A stretch of DNA of 64,000 nt. Source: Candidatus Limnocylindrales bacterium (GTDB taxonomy: Bacteria > Chloroflexota > Limnocylindria > Limnocylindrales > CSP1-4). Below the pieces are notes generated by a model. That model ran no database searches and was not told where the DNA came from. It worked only from the letters and a program-made list of their open reading frames with translations. Each line of letters begins with the position of its first letter. Position 1 is the first letter of the stretch. Below are positions 50,465 through 58,649 of the stretch, piece by piece. The DNA lies in NCBI GenBank assembly GCA_038327765.1, contig JBBQLI010000001.1, positions 54,072 through 118,071 on the forward strand, read 5' to 3'. Position numbers and translations under genes: made by a program.

Positions 50465-51571
50465 ATGCTGGAGCAGATCTGGAACTGGTTCCTGGAGCAG
50501 ACCGCGCTGCTCGTGACCCCCGACTGGGGTTCGATCATCGCGCTGTTGCCGGTCGGGGTGATGGCCCTGGTCCTCGTCTGGCTGTTCCTGACCTTCCGCC
50601 GCTTCCGCGCCCAACCGCCGGCTCGTCGGGGCAAGCAGCGCATCGAACCGAGGACGCCCGCCGGGATCCACATGCCCGGACCGTCGTTCTCGCCCGTCTT
50701 CGCGGCCATCGGCGCGGCGCTGCTGCTGTTCGGCCTCGTCTACGGGGGCTGGGTCCTCGTCCTCGGCGGCATCGCACTGGTGCTGAGCCTGCTCTACTGG
50801 CTGGCTGAGGGGCTGCGCACCTACGACCGCGATACCGGATCCACCGCGCTGGCCCTCCCGGCTACGGTCCACGATGGCCCGCCGCCCGGCGTGCACATGC
50901 CGGGACCATCGTTCCGGCCGTTCGTCGGAGCCGTGGGGATGATGATCCTGATGTTCGGGCTGGTGTACGGCGGCTGGCTGCTCCTGGCCGGCGTGCTGTC
51001 CCTGGTCTTCACGCTGGTGGGCTGGCTGGTGGATGCGGTCGGGGAATACGGACAGGTCGCCAGGGCCGACACGACCGGGCACCTGGAGAACCTGCCCGCC
51101 CCGCGAACACCGTCGCTGCTGCTGAGCGTGCTGGCGGTCCTCTTCGTCGGCGGCGTCCTGCTCCAGACCGGGATCCTGCCCCCGAAGTCGGGCAGCGTCT
51201 CGGCCGTGACGCCCGGCGGGTCCGCGGCGCCATCGGGGGTGTCATCCTCGGCCAAGCCGGCCGGTTCCTCGACCCCCGCCGCGTCAGCCGCGACCGGGGA
51301 CGTCTCCATCACGGCCCAGGGCGTGGCCTTCCTCGATACGGCCGTCAGCGGCCCTGCCGGCAAGCCGTTCACGATCGCCTTCAGCAACCAGGATGCCGGA
51401 ACCGCCCACGATGTCGACATCAAGGACGCGTCCGGCGGTGACCTGTTCAAGGGCGAGATCTTCCCGGGAGTGGCGACGAAGGTCTACGCCGTGCCCGCCA
51501 TCCCCGCGGGTACCTACACGTTCGTCTGCTTCGTGCACCCGAACATGACGGGCTCGATCACGCTCAAGTAA
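50465..51571 (+). CDS. membrane protein with duplicated HMPGPSF-motif two-TM modules and a C-terminal type-1 copper (cupredoxin) domain
   Basis: IHMPGPSFSPV...LVYGGW and VHMPGPSFRPF...LVYGGW repeats. C-terminal FVCFVHPNMTGSITLK is nearly identical to the ligand loop in the ctaC fusion. Confidence 0.7.
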   Translation: MLEQIWNWFLEQTALLVTPDWGSIIALLPVGVMALVLVWLFLTFRRFRAQPPARRGKQRIEPRTPAGIHMPGPSFSPVFAAIGAALLLFGLVYGGWVLVLGGIALVLSLLYWLAEGLRTYDRDTGSTALALPATVHDGPPPGVHMPGPSFRPFVGAVGMMILMFGLVYGGWLLLAGVLSLVFTLVGWLVDAVGEYGQVARADTTGHLENLPAPRTPSLLLSVLAVLFVGGVLLQTGILPPKSGSVSAVTPGGSAAPSGVSSSAKPAGSSTPAASAATGDVSITAQGVAFLDTAVSGPAGKPFTIAFSNQDAGTAHDVDIKDASGGDLFKGEIFPGVATKVYAVPAIPAGTYTFVCFVHPNMTGSITLK

Positions 51572-51640
51572 GGGACGGTCCCAGCCACGCCGCGCCGACC
51601 GATCCTGATCGCCGTCGGACTCGCCATCGTCACGACGGCG

Positions 51641-52108
51641 GTGCTGGTGCTCATCGCCGGTGCCGCTCGTCACCCAGACACGGCACAGATCGCGGTCGGC
51701 CAGCCGGCGCCAGCGGTCGTCGGCACCACCCTCGATGGGTCGAGCGCCGACTTGTCGACGCTGCGCGGGCATCCGGTCCTCGTCAACTTCTGGGGGCCGT
51801 CGTGCGTCCCGTGCCGCCAGGAATTCCCGCTGCTGAACCAGAAGCTCCAGCAGCACGCAGCCGACGGGCTGGTCGTGCTGGGGATCCTGACCGACGACCC
51901 GGTGCAGGGTGCTCGGGACTTCACCGCGCAATTCGGCGGGACCTGGCAGACCGTCATCGACCCGGACAAGGCGATCAAGGACGCGTACCGGGTGGCGGCT
52001 CGGCCACAGAGCTACTTCATCGACGGAAGTGGCGTGTTGCGCTCGATCCAGATCGGGTACCTGACCGACGTCGACTTCGAGCGCCAGTACGCGAAGATCG
52101 CACCGTGA
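51641..52108 (+). CDS. tlpA: TlpA/ResA-like thiol-disulfide oxidoreductase
   Basis: WGPSCVPC thioredoxin motif. The in-frame upstream sequence encodes a TM anchor but has no ATG/GTG/TTG before 51641. Confidence 0.75.
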   Translation: MLVLIAGAARHPDTAQIAVGQPAPAVVGTTLDGSSADLSTLRGHPVLVNFWGPSCVPCRQEFPLLNQKLQQHAADGLVVLGILTDDPVQGARDFTAQFGGTWQTVIDPDKAIKDAYRVAARPQSYFIDGSGVLRSIQIGYLTDVDFERQYAKIAP

Positions 52109-53076
52109 CCACGGCGGCCGTCTCGATCCACGGGCTCGTCAAGCGCTACGGCGCACGCACGATCCTCGACGACGTCTCGCTCACGATCGAGCCCGGACAG
52201 ATCGTGGCGCTGCTGGGTCCGAATGGCGCGGGGAAGACGACCACCGTGGAGATCGTCGAAGGCTACCGACGTGGCGACGCCGGGGTGGTCCGGGTGCTCG
52301 GCGAGGATCCGGTCGGAGGCGGTCGCGCGTTGCGAGCGCGGGTGGGCCTGATGCTCCAGGGCGGCGGGATCGACATGCGCGCCCGACCGCGCGAAACGCT
52401 GGTCCAGTACGGGCGGTTCCATGACGAGCCGCGCGATGCCGACGAACTGCTGGACCTCGTGGGACTGACCGGCCCGCTCGCGACGACGCGCTATCGCCGA
52501 CTCTCCGGCGGCGAGAAGCAGCGGCTCGGACTGGCGCTGGCGCTGGTCGGACGCCCCGAGGTGGTCATCCTCGACGAACCGACGGCCGGGATGGACCCCG
52601 AGGCCCGTGCGACGACTCGCCGGATCATCACGGGCTTGCGCGACGGGGGCGCGGCGGTCCTCCTGACAAGCCACGACCTGACCGATGTCGAACGCGTGGC
52701 CGATCGGATCGTCGTGCTCCACGGCGGACGGATCGTGGCCGCCGGCTCCGCGACCCAGCTGATGAGCGGTGTCCGGCCGTCCGTGCGGTTCCGTCTGGAT
52801 GGTCCGCTCAGCGCGGCGGAGGCCGCGTCGCTGGGGTCGGCCGTGGGCGGCAGGGTCGTGGATGCCGACGATGGCGGGTACCGGCTGGAGGATGTGGCGC
52901 CGACGCCTGTGATCGTCTCCGCGGTCGCGACCTGGTCCGCGGCGAACGGCCGGATGCTGGCCGATATCCGGACCGTGGGCGGGACGCTCGAGGAGGCCTA
53001 CCTCGAACTGGTCGGCACGGGCGCCGACGGCGATCCCGTCGATCCCGTCGAGCCCGCCGGGACGGGCGCGCCGTGA
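52105..53076 (+). CDS. ABC transporter ATP-binding protein (ABC-2/DrrA-like)
   Basis: GPNGAGKTT, LSGGEKQRL and ILDEPT motifs. GTGA overlap with tlpA. Confidence 0.85.
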   Translation: MTTAAVSIHGLVKRYGARTILDDVSLTIEPGQIVALLGPNGAGKTTTVEIVEGYRRGDAGVVRVLGEDPVGGGRALRARVGLMLQGGGIDMRARPRETLVQYGRFHDEPRDADELLDLVGLTGPLATTRYRRLSGGEKQRLGLALALVGRPEVVILDEPTAGMDPEARATTRRIITGLRDGGAAVLLTSHDLTDVERVADRIVVLHGGRIVAAGSATQLMSGVRPSVRFRLDGPLSAAEAASLGSAVGGRVVDADDGGYRLEDVAPTPVIVSAVATWSAANGRMLADIRTVGGTLEEAYLELVGTGADGDPVDPVEPAGTGAP

Positions 53077-53825
53077 GCGGGCCTGCCAGCCTCCTGACCG
53101 CGATCCGGGCGCAGACGGCCATGGAGCTGCGGCTGACCGCGCGGCGCGGCGAGAACCTGCTGGCGCTGGTCGGGATCCCGATCATCGTCCTGCTCTTCTT
53201 CGGCTCGGTCGACGTCATCCCCGTGCCGGCCGGCTCCACGCGGATCGGGATCCTGTTGCCGGGCACGCTGGCGCTCGCGATCCTGGCCGCGGGGCTGGTC
53301 AACCTTGGGATCGCGACGGCCTACGAACGGTCCTATGGCGTGCTCAAGCGGCTGGGTGGATCCCCGCTGGGACGGACCGGGCTGGTCGCCGCGAAGGTCG
53401 TCACGATCGTCATCGTCGAGATCGTCATGGTCGGGGCGCTGGTCGTCCTGGCAACGCTGGTGTTCGGGTGGAGGGCGGGACCGGGCGGTTCGGTCGTTGG
53501 GTTCGTGGGGGCGGTCCTGCTCGGGACCGCGGCGTTCGTCGGGCTCGGTCTGGCACTCGCGGGCACGCTGCGCGCGGAGGCGACGCTGACCCTCGCGAAC
53601 GTGCTATTCCTGCTGTCGATGCTGCTGGGCGGGGTCATCGTGCCGCACGACCAGCTGCCCGGGCCGATCGCCGCGCTCGCGGGTGCCCTGCCGGCGGCGG
53701 CCCTCGCCGACGCGTTCCGCTCCGCGTTGGGTGGCGGCGGCGAGCTCCTGCAGCCGCTCGCCGTGGTGACGGTCTGGGCGGTTGCCGCGATCGGGTTCAC
53801 CGTGCGCACGTTCCGCTGGGAGTAG
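53073..53825 (+). CDS. ABC-2 family transporter permease
   Basis: 6-TM permease, coupled to the upstream ATPase (GTGA overlap). Confidence 0.8.
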   Translation: MSGPASLLTAIRAQTAMELRLTARRGENLLALVGIPIIVLLFFGSVDVIPVPAGSTRIGILLPGTLALAILAAGLVNLGIATAYERSYGVLKRLGGSPLGRTGLVAAKVVTIVIVEIVMVGALVVLATLVFGWRAGPGGSVVGFVGAVLLGTAAFVGLGLALAGTLRAEATLTLANVLFLLSMLLGGVIVPHDQLPGPIAALAGALPAAALADAFRSALGGGGELLQPLAVVTVWAVAAIGFTVRTFRWE

Positions 53826-53936
53826 GAAGCCGGTACTCGCGGATCGGCGCAGCACCCACCCGGGAACGATTCGCGCGTCGCCGTCGCCATACCCTGTGAA
53901 CGCGACCGTCATGGTCGCGTCGCAGACGAGGCGACA

Positions 53937-54500
53937 GTGGACCAGCGACGGTACGTCGAACGGGCGCAGCAAGGCGATCATGACGCCTTCGCGGTGCTTG
54001 CCGGCGCGGCCATCGCACGCCTAGACACCGCCGCCCGGCTGATCCTCCGCGACCGCGAACTCGCACGTGATGCGGTCCAGGAGGCACTCGTCCGCGCCTG
54101 GCGTGACCTGCCCCGACTGCGTGATCCGGAACGGTTCGACGCCTGGCTCCATCGACTCACCGTGCACGCCTGCATCGATGCCGTGCGCCACCGGCGCCGC
54201 CGACCGATCGAAGTGGTACTGACCACCTTCGACCCGCCGCTGGCGCGCGACTTCGCCTCCGACATCGTCGATCGAGATCGACTCGACCGTGCGCTCCGGG
54301 CGCTCGAACCCGAATGGCGCGCGATCGTCGTCCTCCACTACTACCTGGGGATGCCGCTGCCGGACGTGGCCGGCACCCTCGGGATCCCCCTCGGCACGGC
54401 GAAGTCGCGCCTGCATCGGTCCCTCGGGTTGCTTCGCGCAGCCGTCGAGGACGACACGGGCGGCGGCACCGGATCGCTCAAGGAAGGGCAGTACGCATGA
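53937..54500 (+). CDS. ECF-type RNA polymerase sigma-70 factor
   Basis: Region 2 (DAVQEALVRAWR, FDAWLHRLTVHACID) and region 4 (LPDVAGTLGIPLGTAKSRLHR). Confidence 0.85.
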   Translation: MDQRRYVERAQQGDHDAFAVLAGAAIARLDTAARLILRDRELARDAVQEALVRAWRDLPRLRDPERFDAWLHRLTVHACIDAVRHRRRRPIEVVLTTFDPPLARDFASDIVDRDRLDRALRALEPEWRAIVVLHYYLGMPLPDVAGTLGIPLGTAKSRLHRSLGLLRAAVEDDTGGGTGSLKEGQYA

Positions 54501-55861
54501 CGCCGATCGATCGCTTCGAACGACAGCTGCCGGCCGCCCTGGCCGACCTGGGTGACGAGCGTACGCCCGACTACCTCATCGACCTCCTCGGGCGGACCGC
54601 CCGTACGCGTCAGCGGACCGCCTGGAACTCCCCAGGAAGGTGGATCGACATGCCCAGCTTCATCAGCCGGCCGGCGCTCGTCGCCTTGCTCACGGCCATC
54701 GTGGTCGTGGCGATCGGCGGCGCCATCTGGATCACGCGCCCGAACCCTGACCACCCGTCCATCGCGGGTGGGCCGACGCCAGCTCCGATCATCACCGACT
54801 CGCCGACACCAGTCTCACCGACAGCGACGCCGACCGAGGTCGTGACGTCCGTCGTCCCGGAGGCGCTCCGCTACACGTGGGTCTCAGCGCCGCGTGCGGT
54901 CGCCGGTCTCAGTCCGCGCCAGCGCTTCCGCTTCACGCTTCGCTCGTCCTCCCTGGCCTTCCCGAACGATTCGCTCACCGCCGCCGACCTTCGATCGGAT
55001 GCGTTGCTCGCCGGCGACCAGCTTGAGTTCCGTCTCCAGGATGCTGAGTCGACCTGCACGGCGGGCGCTACCGGCGCCTACCGCTACGTCCTGTCGCCGG
55101 GCGGCTTCCGGCTTCATCTCGACCCGGTCGGGACCGACGCCTGCACGACCCGTTCGCTGGCGCTCAGCGGCGACTGGATCCGCGTCGCGTGCACGAACAC
55201 GCAAGACGCGTGCTTCGGCGATCTCGAGGCCGGCACGTACCCGTCGCAGTACGTCGACTTCCGTCTTGCGCCCGGTTCCGGCGACGCCTGGGCACCCGCG
55301 TACGCGGCCCTGACGTACACGGTCCCGAGTGGATGGTCGAATGACGGTGATTGGCCGTACTTGTTCAAATTGACGCCTTCGCCCGACTATTCGCTGGAAA
55401 CCGGTAGTGGACCTACCGCCACGCACGAGGTGGCGGCATACGCGCGACCGGTGGCCGCGAAGGACTGCAACGGGACCGTGGACTCGCGCTCCGCACCAAC
55501 TGTTGATGGACTGCTCAGCGCGATCACCCATCGAACGGGGATCGTCACCGGCGCGGGCGGGACCCTTGCCATTGGGAGTCGGACAGCCAGCTGGGTCGAC
55601 ATCGCGGTCGCGGATGCGTGGACCGGCACGTGCCCCGGCGACGACCGTCCCGGAGTCGTCTTCGCGACCTCCCCGCCGCTCGGGTCGGGCATCCCGGGTG
55701 CGTTGCTCGGCATCGCACGGGGCGAACGTATCCGGGTCGTCGTCCTGGACCTCGGCCGCGGGGACCTGGCCCTGATCCTCATCGATTCGACCCACCCCGA
55801 CCGCTTCGATCAGCTGGTCTCGCAGGCGATGCCGATCATCGGATCCTTCGTGTTCAAGTAG
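54497..55861 (+). CDS. putative anti-sigma factor/membrane-anchored extracytoplasmic protein
   Basis: ATGA overlap with the sigma gene. Roughly 80-aa cytoplasmic N-terminus, a single TM (ALVALLTAIVVVAIGGAIWI), and a Pro/Thr linker. Extracytoplasmic domain with six Cys. Confidence 0.55.
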   Translation: MTPIDRFERQLPAALADLGDERTPDYLIDLLGRTARTRQRTAWNSPGRWIDMPSFISRPALVALLTAIVVVAIGGAIWITRPNPDHPSIAGGPTPAPIITDSPTPVSPTATPTEVVTSVVPEALRYTWVSAPRAVAGLSPRQRFRFTLRSSSLAFPNDSLTAADLRSDALLAGDQLEFRLQDAESTCTAGATGAYRYVLSPGGFRLHLDPVGTDACTTRSLALSGDWIRVACTNTQDACFGDLEAGTYPSQYVDFRLAPGSGDAWAPAYAALTYTVPSGWSNDGDWPYLFKLTPSPDYSLETGSGPTATHEVAAYARPVAAKDCNGTVDSRSAPTVDGLLSAITHRTGIVTGAGGTLAIGSRTASWVDIAVADAWTGTCPGDDRPGVVFATSPPLGSGIPGALLGIARGERIRVVVLDLGRGDLALILIDSTHPDRFDQLVSQAMPIIGSFVFK

Positions 55862-56092
55862 GCCGACGCGGGCCGATCCTGCGGCACCGACCTGGACCTC
55901 CCTCCTCATCCCCTCCCCGACGAGGCGGCTCTCCTCCAGAGGCCGCCTCGTCGATCCATGTCCGGATGATCCATGCCTGGCGGATCCGAGGCCTGACGCC
56001 CGGCCGACTTCGGCGGGCGGTGAACCTTTTCCTGCGACCGCGACGCCATACCCTTCGAAGGCGACCGTCGTGGTCTCCCCAGGATCGAGGCG

Positions 56093-56389
56093 ATGGTGGA
56101 CGATCGGGGTCTCGTCGAACGAGCGCAGGACGGCGATCACGACGCCTTCGCGGTGCTCGTGGATCGGCGTCTGCCACGGCTCGACGCCGCGGCGCGCCTG
56201 ATCCCGCGCGACTCGGACCTCGCTCGCGACGCGATCCAGGAGACCCTCATCCGCGCCTGACGCGATCTCCCGGCGCTCCGCGAGCCAGATCGGTTCGATG
56301 CGTGGGTGCATCGCCTCACGGTCAACGCGTGTCTCGACCTCGCCCGGCGTCGTCGGCGACGACCGATCGGGAGCATGCACTTCAGGTAG
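56093..56389 (+). pseudogene. truncated, nonsense-containing duplicate of the 5' third of the ECF sigma gene, including its promoter-like upstream sequence
   Basis: Aligns to 53937-54260 (MVDDRGLVERAQDGDHDAFAVL... vs MDQRRYVERAQQGDHDAFAVL...). TGA at 56258 replaces the Trp codon of the VRAW motif. Homology ends after RRRRRPI; region 4 is absent. Confidence 0.6.
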
Positions 56390-56465
56390 GACGTGTCCTC
56401 CCACACATCCAAACGGCGGCCCCACCTCCAGGGCGCCGCCGTGTGACCGAGCATTGACGGCGCGG

Positions 56466-56520
56466 ACTCCGGGACAAAGAAGTACTCCGGGACAAAGAAG
56501 TACCCCGGGACAAAAGAAGA
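56466..56520. repeat. three tandem copies of an 18-bp A-rich unit ACTCCGGGACAAAGAAGT
   Basis: Read directly. Locally low GC in a roughly 72% GC context. Confidence 0.6.
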
Positions 56521-56718
56521 ACCCCGGGTGGTCGGGCCCGGGGTTCAAGGAAAAGGCGTTGGTTTCGGAACCGGTTCGGAACCGTTCCCGTGCCATCTAC
56601 TCTAGCCGAGCTCGCCGATCTCGTCCAACGGCGCCTCACAGGCCGGGGACGAGGCCTCGCGCCAGACGCACCACAGGCCTTTGGCGCGGTCGAACGCGGC
56701 GGGCGGGCGGACATCAAG

Positions 56719-56746
56719 AAACCCGGCCTGCTCGGCCGGGTTTCGA
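56719..56746 (-). terminator. Rho-independent terminator hairpin CCCGGCC-TGCTC-GGCCGGG followed by a T-tract
   Basis: Perfect 7-bp GC stem, then TTTCTT on the minus strand (TTTCG on the plus strand). Confidence 0.6.
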
Positions 56747-56757
56747 GGTTGTCGCGT

Positions 56758-56832
56758 TGGTTGCGGGGACTGGATTCGAACCAGTGACCTTCGGGTTATG
56801 AGCCCGACGAGCTGCCGCTGCTCCACCCCGCC
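56758..56832 (-). tRNA. tRNA-Met (anticodon CAT), initiator-type features, CCA encoded
   Basis: GGCGGGGTGGAGCAGCGGCAGCTCGTCGGGCTCATAACCCGAAGGTCACTGGTTCGAATCCAGTCCCCGCAACCA. Three consecutive G-C pairs in the anticodon stem. A 1:72 mismatch (G1/A72). Near-identical to E. coli tRNA-fMet from memory. Confidence 0.85.
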
Positions 56833-57087
56833 GATGGATGGTAGTCGTCGGGAGTGCTTCGGTCAAACGGCCGCGGTGGAAATCGACGCCGATCGTTGCG
56901 GTACGGGTGGCGTGGCATTGGCGCCGTGGCGTAGGTGCCGTGAGCGTCCGGCGTTGCGCGTGCCGTGGCGCGGGACCTGACGCCGTGACCCACGGAGCAA
57001 TCGTCGAATCCTCCCACGGCCCGGCAAACTTGCAGGTTCCGGGCCGCGCCACGGGAGAACGCGACCCATCCCGAGTGCGGCCGGTCG

Positions 57088-58488
57088 TCAGGTCCCGCGG
57101 GACGGGAACGGGTCGGTCGGCACGGCGCCGGGTGGTCCTGCGGGTGGTTCTGCGGGTGGTCCCGCGGGCCGTCCCGTCAGTCGCCGACCCCCCACTGCAA
57201 AGCCCACGACGAGGCTCGTGAGCAGCACGGTCGTGAACACATAGAAGGGCAGGAGCAGGTTCCGCTCGGCCAGGATGCCCGCACCAAGGGACGCCACGAT
57301 GAACCCCATCGTGCCCGCGGCGCCAAACCAGCCTTGTGCCGTGGAGGAGCGACCTGGCGGCGAATTCGCGGCCACGACCGCGTAGAGCGCCGGGTTCAGG
57401 AAGGCGAACCCGGTCGACTCGATGAGGATGAGCGGGATCGCCAGCCACGGCGTGCCGATGAACGTGTACAGGATCCCGGTCACCGCAGGCAGGATCGACC
57501 CGATCACGATGAACGCCAGCGACCCGCGACGGTCGACGATCCTGCCGGCGATCGGCGAGAAGAGCAGCACCGGGAGCCCGAACATCGCGAAGGTCAAGCC
57601 GATGAACGACAGGTTCGCCCCCAGGTGCTGGAGGAAGAGACTCCAGATCACCTCGTACGTGCCGCCCGCGTAGTAGCCGCCGGCGTTGATGATCAACGCG
57701 GCGATCAGCCCGCGCGACCAGAGACTGGTGGGGCCGAGACCGACCTGCACGCCTTGGTCGCCCTCAGCGCTGGACGCGGAGACCACTCGCGCGCGATCGG
57801 CGTCGAGGTCCCGAGCCGCTCGGCCCGCCAGCGACGGCGGATCCGGCGGGAACTCGGTCCAGTCCGGGGCCGGGCCGGCGTGGGTCCGCCCGGGCGTCTC
57901 GCGAACCCGCACGGCGATCGCGACCGCCGCGACCGCCGCCGCGATGCCGCTGAACACGAAGACGAATCCGATCCCGCCGAGGTTGGCGGCCCCGAACGCG
58001 GCGATCGCCGGCCCGAGCAGCAGGCCACCCATCTGCGCGGCCCCGTACAGCCCGAACGCCTCGCCGCGCTTCCCTGGTGGCGTCGCGTCGGTGAGGAAGC
58101 CGCGAGCGGCCGGATCGTAGATGGCGGCGCACAGACCGGCGCCGGCCCGCAGCACCAGGAATGCGACTGGCGTCGTCGCGATCAGCGGCAGCGCACCCAG
58201 CAGCCCGCCGGCGAGCAGGCCACCCACCATCAGCGGCTTGCGGGCGGTGCGGTCGGCCAGCCAGCCGAAGATCGGCTCGCTGACGAGCCGAGCCGCCGGC
58301 CATGCGGCGATGACCAGCCCGAGCGTCGCAAGATCCAGCCCGTGCTCGGTGAAGTACAGGGGGAGGACCGGAAGGAGCCCGCCGAACCCGAGCCAGACGA
58401 CGAATTCGGCGATCAGCAGGGGCAGGATGTCGCCCCACTGGTCGAGCCAGGTTGCGAGACGCGAGCGAGTGGGCAGCACAGTCATCAA
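57088..58488 (-). CDS. MFS transporter
   Basis: 12-14 TM helices and an MFS signature (GWLADRTARKP). Confidence 0.85.
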   Translation of the reverse strand: MMTVLPTRSRLATWLDQWGDILPLLIAEFVVWLGFGGLLPVLPLYFTEHGLDLATLGLVIAAWPAARLVSEPIFGWLADRTARKPLMVGGLLAGGLLGALPLIATTPVAFLVLRAGAGLCAAIYDPAARGFLTDATPPGKRGEAFGLYGAAQMGGLLLGPAIAAFGAANLGGIGFVFVFSGIAAAVAAVAIAVRVRETPGRTHAGPAPDWTEFPPDPPSLAGRAARDLDADRARVVSASSAEGDQGVQVGLGPTSLWSRGLIAALIINAGGYYAGGTYEVIWSLFLQHLGANLSFIGLTFAMFGLPVLLFSPIAGRIVDRRGSLAFIVIGSILPAVTGILYTFIGTPWLAIPLILIESTGFAFLNPALYAVVAANSPPGRSSTAQGWFGAAGTMGFIVASLGAGILAERNLLLPFYVFTTVLLTSLVVGFAVGGRRLTGRPAGPPAEPPAGPPGAVPTDPFPSRGT

Positions 58489-58620
58489 GGGTCAGGGTCC
58501 GGGCGAGTCGAACGAGCGTAGCCGGACGACGCGAGGTCACGTCGCCTGGGTGCTCCTGATGGGACCGACGGCGGTGCCCGTGGCGCGAAGGTCGGACCGT
58601 ATACTCGGCAACTCCAATCC

Positions 58621-58635
58621 GCGAACCGGGTTCGC
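58621..58635. promoter_or_regulatory. 15-bp palindrome GCGAACC-G-GGTTCGC, 15 bp upstream of the drrA-like start
   Basis: Read directly. Lies in the divergent MFS/ABC intergenic region. Confidence 0.3.
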
Positions 58636-58649
58636 CGCGAAAGGCTCAC

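Noticed and set aside
56602-56826. 74-aa ORF starting with GTG inside the tRNA-Met gene
   Set aside because: Fully overlaps a canonical tRNA and its terminator.
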